Shown here in pieces: positions 50,450-60,112 of a stretch of DNA of 60,112 nucleotides. Source of the DNA: Chiloscyllium plagiosum (Eukaryota); assembly GCF_004010195.1 (NCBI RefSeq), contig NC_057719.1, forward strand, positions 95,300,498 to 95,360,609. Direction: 5' to 3'. The notes under the pieces were generated by a model. That model saw only the letters and a list, made by a program, of their open reading frames with translations, was not told the origin of the DNA and did not search any database. The position numbers and the translations under genes were made by a program. Numbering within the stretch: position 1 is the first letter of the stretch; the number at the start of each line of letters is the position of its first letter.

Positions 50450-52515
50450 GTCATAGAGGTGTACAGCATGGAAACAGACCATACAAGTACCACCCTCTGC
50501 GAGAAAAAGTAGCCCCTTAGGTCTCTTTTATGATTAAGTTAGATTCCTCTACATGTGGAAACAGGCACTTCGGCTCAACAAGTCCACACTGACCTTCTGA
50601 AGAGTAACCCACCCAAACCCATTTCCCTCTGACTAATGCACCTAACACTAGGGGCAATTTAGCATGGCCAATTCATCTGACCTGCACATCTTTTGGACTG
50701 TGGGAAGAAACCAGAGCACCCCGGAGGAAACCCACGCAGACACGGGGAGAATGTGCAAACTCCACACAGACAGTCACCCAAGGCTAGAATCAAACCTGGG
50801 TCCCTAGAGCTGTGAGGCAGCAGTGCTAACCATCGAGCTATCATGCTGCCTCTGGCCAATAAAGGCAAGCATACCAAATGCCTTCTTCGCTATCCTATCC
50901 ACCTGTGACTCTACTTTCAAGGAGCTATGAACCTGGAATCCAGGGTCTCCTTGATCAACAACACTTTATATCTTTCCCATCTCATCCTAAACCTATTGCC
51001 TCTAGTTCTGGACTCTCCCACCCCAGGGAAGAGAGTTTGTCTATTTACCCCATCCATACCCCTCATGATTTCATAAACCTCTATAAGGTCACCCCTCAGT
51101 CTCCAGCGCTCCTGGGAAAACAGCCCCAGCCTGTTCAACCTCTCCCTATAGCTCAAATCCTCCAACCCTGGCAACATCCTTGTAAATCTTTTCTGAACCC
51201 TTTTACGTTTCACAACATCTTTCTGATAGGAAGGAGACCACAATTTGCATGCAATATTCCAACAGTGGCCTAACCAATGTACAGCCGCAACATAGCCTCC
51301 CAACTCCTGTACTCAATACTCTGACCAATAAAGGAAAGCATACCAAACGCCTTCTTCACTATCCTGTCTACCTGCGGCTCTACTTTCAAGGAGCTATGAA
51401 CCTGCAATCCAAGGTCTCTTTGATCAACGAAAATCTTTATGACCTTTGCATTAAGTGTATAAGTCATGCTAAGATTTGCTTTTCCAAAATGCAGCACCTC
51501 ACATTTATCTAAATTAAACTCCATCTGTCACTCCTCAGCCTATTGGCCCATCTGGTCAAGATCCTGTTGTAATCTGAGGTAACCTTTTTCACTGTCCACT
51601 ACACCTCCAATTTTGGTGTCATCTACAAACATAATAACTATACCTCTTATGCTCGCATCCTAATCATTTTTACAAATGAAGAGAAGTCGTGGACCCAGCA
51701 CTAATCTTTGTGGCACTCCAATGGTCACAGGCCTCCAGTCAGAACAACAACCCTCCACCACCACCCTCTGTCTTCTACCTTTGAGTCAGTTCTGTATCCA
51801 AATGGTTAGTTCTACAGTATTCCATGCGATCTAACCTTGCTAATCAGTCTCCCATGGGGATCCTTGTCGAACGCCTTACTGAAGTCCATATAGATCACAT
51901 CTACCACTCTGCCCTCCTCAATCCTCTTTGTTACTTCTTCAAAAACCTCAATCAAGTTCATGAGACATGATTTCCCCCGCACAAAGCCATGTTGACTATT
52001 CCTAATCAGTCCTTGTCTTTTAAAATACATGTACATCCTGTCCCTCAGGATTCCCTCCAACAACTTGCCCACCACTGACGTCAGGCTCACCAGTCTATAG
52101 TTCCCTGGCTTATTCTTACCACCATTCTTAAAAAGTGGCACCACGTTTGCCAACCTCCAGGTTTTTGGCACCTCACTTGTGACTATCGATGATACAAATA
52201 TCTTAGCAAGAAGCCCAGCAATCACTTCGCTAGCTTTCCACAGAATTCTACGGTACACCTGATCAGGTCCTGGGGATTTATCCACTTTTAATGCATTTCA
52301 AGACCCATCCAGCACTTCCTCCTCTGTAATATGGACATTTTTCAAAATGTCATCATCGAGTTCCCCACATTTTATATCTTCCATGTTCTTCTCCACAGTA
52401 AACACTGATGTAAAATACTTGTTTAGTATCCCCCCGTCCCCTTTGCTCCACACAAAGGCCACCTTGCTGATCTTTGAGGGGCCCTATTCTCTCCCTAGTT
52501 ACCCTTTTGTCCTTA
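50450..52515 (-). mobile_element. CR1 LINE RT and 3' region, rearranged, with an HE1 inserted
   Basis: ORFs 51812-52285, 51270-51524 and 50917-51303 carry KSPGPD, NYRLVSLTSVVGK, QHGFVRG, MDFSKAFDK and RLRGDLIEVY. Confidence 0.92.
50532..50848 (-). mobile_element. Full-length HE1-type V-SINE
   Basis: Reverse-complement match to 36592-36906. Confidence 0.88.
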
Positions 52516-53213
52516 TGAACAAATCAGGTGCAGGAGATGAAGTTGGCTGTGGGTAGACAGACTGTAAATCTACTTTGCAAATAAAATGTGTTATCAGCTT
52601 CAGACAAAAGCCACTCTACTTCCCTCTCAAAGACTGTTAACTGTTTTAACTTGTAGCAGGTTTTCTGTTATTTGAAGTCTTCGGCTGAAAGAACCTCATT
52701 TCCATAGATCATTTTACTCAGCTTTTTCATCATTTGGAAAGCTTCAATTAGATTACAATTCTCCATTTTTGCACGACTTAAACTCAAACTTGCTTAACCA
52801 TTTCTCATAACTTCAATTCCTGATACTATGATGTTTCTCGTTGCTTGAAATGGTGTTTAAAGTGACTGAAAATTGCACAGCAATTCAGATAGGATCCTCC
52901 AACTACGGAATTGGATATGCATCAGTCTTTGTAACGGCATTGACTTTGCGATAGTCCACACATAACCACTGGGTACCATCTGGCTTTGGCACCATGACTA
53001 TGGGTGAGCTCCAGTCACTGTGATTCACTTTGATTTTGCCATCTTGGAGCATGCGTTCTATCTCCTTCTGAACCTGTGCCAACTTTAAAGGGTTGTGCCT
53101 ATGAGGATGTTGCTAATCGGAACAGCATCTCCGATATCTACTTCATGCACAATTAGGTCAGTTTGTTTCCTCATATCTCCCCATGTGATATATAATAACT
53201 CTTTCAGGTCATT

Positions 53214-54430
53214 TCAATTTTCTTGTGGAAGGTAACTCCATAATTTATCCCAATTGTTGACAACTTCCCCCTTGTCCAATTTGATTTGAGGAATGTCCAA
53301 TTCAGAATCCTCTGAACCTGGTCCTTCCTTCTGTGCTGTAATCATTAACACCTTCTCCTCCTGCTTTCCTTCCCAATCAAAATACCTTTTGAGCATATTC
53401 ACATGACCCACTCTGTGAGATTTCTCCCTGTCTGGAGTCCTTATCAAGTAGTTCACCTCACTCAATTTCCTCTCAATTTGATACGGTTCACTAAACCTTG
53501 CTTTTAAAGGCTCATCTGTTACGGGAGATAACATCAATACCTTATCCCCAATTGCAAAACTGCGAATTTGTGATTTCTTATCAACTTCCTGTTTCATTGT
53601 ATGCTGTGATACTTTTAAATGCTGTTTAGCCAACTCTCCAACTCTATTTAATCGTTCTCTAATATGTGACACATAGTCCAAATGGGTGGTCTCTGAATTC
53701 TGAGTTATTAATTTCTCCTTAATCAGTTTTAATGGTCCTCTTATTTCATGCCCAAAAATTAATTCAAATGGACTGAATTTGGTCGATTCATTTGGTGCAT
53801 CTCTGATCGCAAAAAGTACAAATGGAATTTCCTTGTCCCAATCATCTGGATAATCCTGACCATAAGTCCTCAACATGGTCTTTGGTGTTTGATGCCATCT
53901 CTTTGCCGCTCCCTGTGATTCTGGATGGTACACAGTCGATGTAAATTGCTTTATTCTCAAGTTATCCATAACCTCCTTGAATAGTTTGGGTATGAAGTTT
54001 TATCCTTGACCTGACTGGATCTCTATTGGTAGTCCGTATCGAGTAAAATATTTAAATAATTCTTCTACAAACCTTTTAGCTGTGATGTTGCAGAATGGGA
54101 TTGCCTCTGGAAATCTAGTCAACACATCCATTATTGTTAATAAATACTTATTTCCACTTTTTGTCTGAGGGAGGGGACCTACACAATCAATCAACGCTCT
54201 TGTGAAAGGTTCCTCAAATGCTGGAATAGGTATTAAAGGTGCAGGTTTTATTACTGTCTGTGGTCTTCCCATTAGTTAACATGTATGATATGTTTGGCAA
54301 AATTCAACTACATCCTTGTGTAGTCCAGGCCAGTAAAAATGTCTTTGTATTTAACCTGTGTTTGCTTCACCCCTAAATGACCTCCAAGTGGTCGCTCATG
54401 CACCACTCACAGCACCTCCTTTCTATATCC
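53214..54430 (-). pseudogene. Retroviral-type integrase (H2C2, rve core and GPY/F-like tail) of the Gmr1-like element
   Basis: ORFs 54000-54272 and 53214-53969 plus the upstream zinc-finger region; frameshifted, with catalytic residues altered (SGQG, AAKRWH). Confidence 0.85.
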
Positions 54431-55299
54431 TACCGGCAAACCAATTTGATGAATCTCTGCCCATTTCCCATTTGCTTAAATGTGTGATGGTCACCATTTC
54501 TTCATTAAGTCATCATTTGTTCAGAATGCATTCACTTGCTTTCCCTGTAAATGCCATTTGATATAACTGTTTTAACCCCTCATCTTTCTGTTATAATTCA
54601 ATCAATTTAGTGGAGCTAAAGATATTTACATATTTACCTATTTCTCCTTCTCTGTTCCACTTATCTGATCAAAGAGGATTTTGGTTAACACTATGTCAGC
54701 TTCCTTATCTGTGCCTTTTGATCTCGCCTGCTTCAGCTTGTGCCTCTGTGATCTTGTGATCACACAATCAGGGAAAATTCCTCGATAAACATTCTCCAGG
54801 TCTTCAGTTACCTGTGTCTCCACTGGCTTTTCAACTAGAGTAGGCAGCACGCCTACCAGTGAATCAGTTATATCATTTGTAAGTACACATTGTATTCCTG
54901 GAGCTGAGAGTTTGTCTAGTACTCCTACCACAAATTCTCCACTGTTCTCTGGACTCTCTAGCCTCATTTTACATGATTGAACACTTTTTGTCTCACCATG
55001 AATTCCTGTTACCAGGACCTTTTCTGGCCATAGTCCCTCAGGAGTACATATCTCCTCATCCTTCAGCATCACAGACTGAAAGGATCCTGTGTCCCTTAAT
55101 ATAGTAATCTCTTCACTTGCTACTCCTGGCCTATGTGAGTAAACCTTATCCTTGCATGTATGTTTTTTTAAGCAGATCTGGTACTTCCTCCTTCACCAAC
55201 CCCTGATCATCTTGTACACTCTGAGGCAGTTGTCTAACTTCCCCTTGTGCTCTTTGTTCAACAAAACTTCCAGGCTTGTCTGGTTTTCCTATGTCTGGC

Positions 55300-56529
55300 T
55301 TTTTTCCTAGCCCGCCAACACTGATTTTTTTGTGGCCCACATTATTACAATGAAGAAAACCAGAGCTTTTTAAATTCTTTGTCCCCCTCAAGGGTTTCTT
55401 CTTTACCCTGTGCTAAGTTCTCCTTATGATCTTCACTGAGATCTACCTTTGCCTTTCCACATGAGGATTTCTCTTTGCCGAGTTTCTATCCCTCATGGAC
55501 CGAACTTGATTCTGGAAGCCAAACCGAATTTTATGGACCAGCTCATAACCATCAGCCCCTTCAGCTGCTAACCTCGGTGTTTTAACTCTCTGCTCTTCCA
55601 CATGAATTTGCACTACTTCAGACTGTGAATTTTTGAATTTCTTCAAAACAATTTCCTTTCTAAGGGTATCATAAGTTGTTCGATTTTTAAAGCTCTTATC
55701 CATCTATTGAAATTACTCCGTTAAATCCTTTCAAACTCAGTGTAGGTTTGACCAGGATCCCTCCTTAAATTCCTGGAACGTTGTCTCTCAGCTTCTGGTA
55801 TAAGTTCACATGCACTTAAAATGGCTCTTTTCACTCCTCATATTCCCCAGATACCTCCTCTGATAGGGATGCGAATACCTCACTAACTCTACCTACAAGT
55901 TTCGTTTGGATCAACAAAACCCACATTGCCACTGGGCACTGGATTTGTTTAGCCACCTTTTTGGATGAGATGAAAAAGGCTTCCACATCCTTCTCATCAA
56001 ATTGAGGCAATGCTTGAACATACTTAAACAGTTTCTGACTGGGCCTCTGACCACCAGGGTCTTGCTCATCCTCACTCTCTTCCTCACTAAACCCACCCTC
56101 AGCCTTTATCTTCAGCCTTTTATGCTGACTTCCCTTTTTAAGTGTCAGTTTTTGAAGTTGAAAAACTCTCTCTTTTTCTTTCTCATCTGCTCCTCTCTCC
56201 TTCTCCTTCTTTTCTGCTGCCCTTTCTTTATCTCTCGCCTCTAACTCAAGCTGCTTCACTTGCAATCTAATCCTCACCATCTCGATAGATTCTGATGGTT
56301 TCTCCAGCAAGTTTACATGCTGAGCTACTGCTGTAATTATCTCTCCTTCCCTCACAGAAGCAGGCAGGTTCAATTCCAGCTTCTCTGCTAATTCTTGCAA
56401 CTTGGTCTTATTCACTTCTTGCAAGTCACCACATCTACTTTTGGTGACTGAAAGAGGAGAAAGTGAGGTCTGCAGATGCTGGAGATCAAAGTTGAAACCA
56501 CATCTACTTTTGGTGACTGAAAGAGCCAT
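55300..56529 (-). pseudogene. gag of the Gmr1-like element (SCAN-related capsid region, zinc-knuckle remnant)
   Basis: ORFs 55831-56529, 55443-55703 and 55146-55391; ATG about 80 bp downstream of the PBS. Confidence 0.75.
56457..56496 (-). mobile_element. 40-bp PLE family B end fragment inserted in gag
   Basis: 29-bp TSD accacatctacttttggtgactgaaagag at 56428-56456 and 56497-56525. The insert matches the reverse complement of 45121-45152. Confidence 0.85.
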
Positions 56530-56607
56530 TACTATCCCAAGCTTTGTCTACCCAACCAAACCAACCCCCGAAATAAAGACACTAGCACATACCACTCACT
56601 GTTTAAA

Positions 56608-56625
56608 ATCCCAGACGAGCTCCCA
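56608..56625 (-). promoter_or_regulatory. Primer-binding site complementary to the tRNA-Pro 3' end
   Basis: Minus strand tgggagctcgtctgggat versus canonical TGGGGGCTCGTCCGGGAT (16/18 match), 3 nt after the LTR end. Confidence 0.85.
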
Positions 56626-56628
56626 ATC

Positions 56629-57278
56629 TGTTATGGACTAAGCCAGACCACTCAAAACATTCTTAGGCAGGCAGCCCTAGAACTAACTTTGCAATTTGTT
56701 CCGGTAAGTATACAGTGAAAATTACCTGGATTAAGTTAGCTAGGTTGACTACTAAATTTTAAAACAGATAAAATTTTATTCACAACATTACACAATGAAA
56801 CATTAAGAACAGAATAAAGAACATCTACAGAACCCAACAATCCAACTAGATTCAGTTATGCTGTTCTGAATATGCACAACAGACCCAATAAGAAAACTCC
56901 CTTTAAAAACCAGTATAAATGGAACTCATGCCCACAGGTTGAAGTTGAAGGGTAGAAAAGAGAGAAAGAGTTTCCACACAGCTCCCCACTGAACTTCCCA
57001 GTTCAAGACTGAACTAAAACTGCTCAGCTCAGCTCAGCCAGAGAGCTGACCACACTTCTCTCTTTGTACAGGTCACTTCTAAAGCATAAGAACTTTGGCC
57101 TGAAGTCTCATCTGTTTACATATAAAGAAAAGGCCTCTCAAAATCCTTTTCATCTCTGTACCAAACCAGACTGATCGGAGCCCGGCCTGCTTTATTGCTC
57201 CTCTGGAAAAAATCAAGAATAGAGTCACCTTGAGTCAAAGAACAGCTTTTAGAAAATAAAGGGACTGGCTTTGTGACA
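56629..57278 (-). repeat. 5' long terminal repeat (650 bp)
   Basis: Minus strand starts TGTCAC and ends ATAACA, directly followed by the PBS. The second LTR is not seen, so the outer boundary is inferred. Confidence 0.7.
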
Positions 57279-57280
57279 CA

Positions 57281-57391
57281 GTGGAGGAGGCCCAGGACTT
57301 GAATGTCCTTGGGGGAGAGGGAGGGAGAATTGAATTGATCAGCAACAGGGCGTTGGGGTTGTTTGGTGCATGTGTCCCAGAGATGTTCCTT
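57281..57391 (-). mobile_element. PLE family B GIY-YIG fragment
   Basis: Reverse complement of 30405-30516 (EHLWDT...FNSPS.S..DIQVLGLLH). Confidence 0.75.
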
Positions 57392-57404
57392 AAGTCTCCA
57401 TCAG

Positions 57405-57575
57405 ATCAAACATGGGTATGGAAACCTCCTGCCAATTACCACATAGTACAAACACCACCCTCCTCAGTTGATGAATCAGTACTCCTCTGTGTTCACACCA
57501 GTTAAAAAAAGCACTAATTCTGGCAATGGCACAGAACGTTCTCTGGGTAGGGAACTTCAATACCCACCACCAAGA
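57405..57575 (+). mobile_element. APE endonuclease fragment of a Jockey/CR1-group LINE
   Basis: KHGYGNLL, PPSSVDESVLL and LWVGNFNTHHQ (GDFN-like) motifs. Confidence 0.55.
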
Positions 57576-57710
57576 GACGTAGCTGCTGTAGACCCTCGGT
57601 ACTAAGTGTCACTACATACTGAGGCTTTATCTGTCCCAGTGATATAAAGAATGGGCCTGGCCTCTTTGCTGCAGAACACTCCGAGTAGTTGGGACTGTTT
57701 CATCTCACTT

Positions 57711-57865
57711 AGGCGAAGGTGAGGACTGCAGATGCTGGAGATCAGAGACAAGATTAGAGTGGTGCTGGAAAAGCACAGCAGGTCAGGCAGCATCTGAGGA
57801 GCAGGATTTTCCTGCTCCTTGGATGCTGTCTGACCTGCTGTGCTTTTCCAGCACCACTCTAATCT
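57711..57865. mobile_element. PLE family B hairpin micro-insert lacking the ribozyme core
   Basis: 15-bp TSD tgtttcatctcactt at 57696-57710 and 57866-57880; inverted arms around gcaggattttcctgc (57800-57815). Confidence 0.88.
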
Positions 57866-57899
57866 TGTTTCATCTCACTTTTCACTCATGGAAAATATT

Positions 57900-58575
57900 A
57901 CAATAGAAAGAAACCTTTGACCACAAGTCCATCAGGAAATGGTCTTGAGACCTTGTAGAAAAAGGAGAAGGTGGGGCCTGTTGTGTGGTTCCCTGCGCAG
58001 ACTGTCAAAGTCATTTTGCAGGATGTGTCATCACCAGAACTTTCCAACAAACACCAAAACATCACCTGGCTGGTGGTGGGAAGGGCACTGTCATAAGAAT
58101 CCTTCATGTATGCCCAGTCTATGTGCCCCACTGCATGCTGCTCTCAAAGTGGCTGTTCTGATGAAGAGACTGTCACACATCTCCTTCTGGAATCTGCCTT
58201 TGCAAGGAAGTCAGGAGAAAGATGCAGTGGTTTTTGCTGAGTTTTGTCTGAAGCAGTTCCCTGACGCAGGACTCTGTTCTCCATGGTCTGTTCCCTGGGA
58301 CCAACACCGAGATAAACAGTAACTGTACTTGGAGGACCATCAACTCATTAAAAGATGTTCTTTGGTCTGCTCGAAACTTCTTGCTCTTCCAGTGTAAAGA
58401 GTTGACTCTGACCGAGTGTTGCAGATGGACACATTCCAAGGTCCAGGACTACGTGCTGGGGGGTGTACTTGGGCAGCTGCTGCCAAGACACAGTGAGGAA
58501 AGACCACTGTCTGAGGTCTTTCGGCCAATGAATTATGAGGGCCCGTTCAATTGTCAGACTCAAAATGAACATAAA
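57900..58575 (+). mobile_element. Tx1/L1-group LINE 3' fragment
   Basis: Decayed C-terminus: SSPELSNKHQNITWLVVGRAL, SHI.WN/C, KDVLWSARN, ECCR..HSKVQDYVL...LGAAAAKTQ*GKTTV. Confidence 0.65.
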
Positions 58576-59117
58576 TCGTTGCCATCATAAACAGGAAATG
58601 TCTCTGCCTTTTTTGCAACTGCAGAGAGTCTCTGAGAAATATCAACATTCAAATGTATCATTGTTATTCTTCTTTTTGCAAAACTGTACAAATATTATTT
58701 CAAACCCGCATGCCTTTATAGATGGTTTTATGATAAAAGCATATTTTTGTTATGAAAATACTTCTGCTCTGCATGAGCCTTCTCATTTCCTCCAAGCTGC
58801 AGACACAGAGTTCGAAAGTAATACCAGTCAAATCTCATTGACATTGGAAAAGCTCTGCTGATTGATTGATAATGACTCTCGATAAGCTTCCTGCTATAAT
58901 GACAGCACCGAACCCTCCTCCAGAAAAACATAAGAACACCAAAAGGCAACAGCACAACCTCTTCATGATTTTCCCTTCAACTGTTGCCAAACACACCTCT
59001 GATTGTCTGATTGTCTGGGAATGAAACAATATAGGCTGAGAAATACTCTCAAACAGATTGACTAATACCTAGTGAATTTAAATACTCATTAAATAAAACA
59101 TTCATTTCAGCAATAGA

Positions 59118-60112
59118 GGTGAAGCTGGAAAAGCACAGCAGGTCAGACAGCATCCAAGCAGCAGGAAAGTTAATGTTTCAGGCTGATACCGTTTGTTAGG
59201 ACTGGGGAGGGGAGACAGCCCAGAAGTAAATAGAGAGAGGGGGATGGGACTAGAGGAAGAGTAGGTGGGATGGTGATAGGTCAATGCAGATAGGGGGCTA
59301 TTGTGATTGGTCAGTGGGAAGGTTGGAGTGGATAGATGAGTGGGAAGATGGACAGGTTAGGTTAGGTCAAGTCAGGGAGGCAAATTGGGGGAGGGGCAGG
59401 TAGTGGATGTGGGATAAGGCTGGGGGTGGAGGGAGTTTGAGGCTGGTGAAGTCAATGTTGAGGCCATCGGGCTGTAAGCTCCTCAGATGAAATATCAGGT
59501 GTTATTTTCTCCAGTTTGTGTTTGGCTTCACTCTGATAGTGATGGAGGCCAGGGATGGGCATGTTGCCAAGGGAGTGGGAGGGGGAATTAAATTGGATGG
59601 TAACCGGAAGGTTGGGTTGGTTGATGTAGGCAGTGCTCAGATGCTCCGCGAACCAGTCTCCAAGGCTGCGTTTGGTCTCCCCAATATAGAAGAGAACATA
59701 TCGGGAGCAACAGATACACTAGATCAGGTTGGATGAAGTGCAGGTGAATCTCTGTCAGATCTAGACGAATTGTCTGGGGCCTTGCACAGAGGTGAGAGCT
59801 CAGGTGTTGCACTTCTTGCAGTTGTAGGGAAAGGCACCGGCTGTGGTGGAGAAGTTGGTGAGGAATGTAGAGTTGGTGGGGAATGTAGAGTTGGTGAGGA
59901 ATGTAGAGTTGGTGGGGAATGTAGAGTTGGTGGGGAATGTAGAGTTGGTGAGGAATGTAGAGTTGGTGGGGAGCATAGAGTTGGTGGGGAATGTAGAGTT
60001 GGTGAGGAGTGTAGAGTTGGTGAGGAGTGTAGAGTTGGTGAGGAGTGTAGAGTTGGCGGGGAGCATAGAGTTGGTGAGAAACGTAGAGTTGGTGAGGAAT
60101 GTAGAGTTGGTG
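59118..60112 (-). mobile_element. Neptune-like PLE 3' part: Cys-rich linker, GIY-YIG endonuclease and terminal repeat
   Basis: Minus translation GAFPYNCKKCNT...RFTCTSSNLI*CICCSRYVLFYIGETKRSLGDWFAEHL...FNSPSHS. A family B-like repeat with a decayed core lies at 59118-59200. Confidence 0.85.
59852..60112. repeat. 18-bp minisatellite (agagttggtgaggaatgt), at least 14 copies, running off the window end
   Basis: Tandem units; the minus strand reads in-frame TNSTFL/TNSTFP. Confidence 0.95.

Larger units (their letters stand above)
52520..57278 (-). mobile_element. Gmr1-like Gypsy LTR retrotransposon (5'LTR-PBS-gag-PR-IN-RT), pseudogenised and 3' truncated
   Basis: LTR at 57278-56629 and PBS-Pro, then gag (LPQFDEKDVEAFF, LVPEA.RQR, CCHC-like HCNNVGH), protease ILRDTGS (about 55075-55105), integrase (HLG...FYWPG...C..C, IDCVGPLP, YHPESQG) and the RT start WSSPIVMVPKPDG...CVDYRKVN (about 52900-53020). 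Confidence 0.9.

Noticed and set aside
53214..53969. Domesticated integrase gene (251-aa ORF)
   Set aside because: It is part of a frameshifted pol, the catalytic motifs are altered and neighbouring domains are broken.

Overview
This is a repeat-dense vertebrate genomic window. HE1-type V-SINEs and the CR1, Rex1/Babar and Tx1 LINE complement point to a cartilaginous fish (shark); this is an inference. I could not recognise any intact host protein-coding gene, and nearly all ORF-track entries are transposon remnants, low-complexity sequence or N-gap artefacts. There are three assembly gaps. The main content is many CR1 LINE fragments (one ~3.3 kb copy), Rex1/Babar, Tx1 and a second Jockey-group LINE with its partner tRNA-SINE, HE1 SINEs, a Gmr1-like Gypsy LTR element (LTR, tRNA-Pro PBS, gag-PR-IN-RT order) and a very decayed Copia-type LTR relic. 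The most striking signal is more than 20 insertions from at least four families of Penelope-like elements (PLEs). Their terminal repeats carry minimal hammerhead-ribozyme cores (CUGANGA-stem II-GAAA plus a loopless palindromic stem III) with compensatory changes between families. Many copies are short (40-780 bp), inverted-repeat or hairpin inserts bounded by 9-29 bp target-site duplications. Family labels A-D are my own, and element boundaries without a TSD are approximate.
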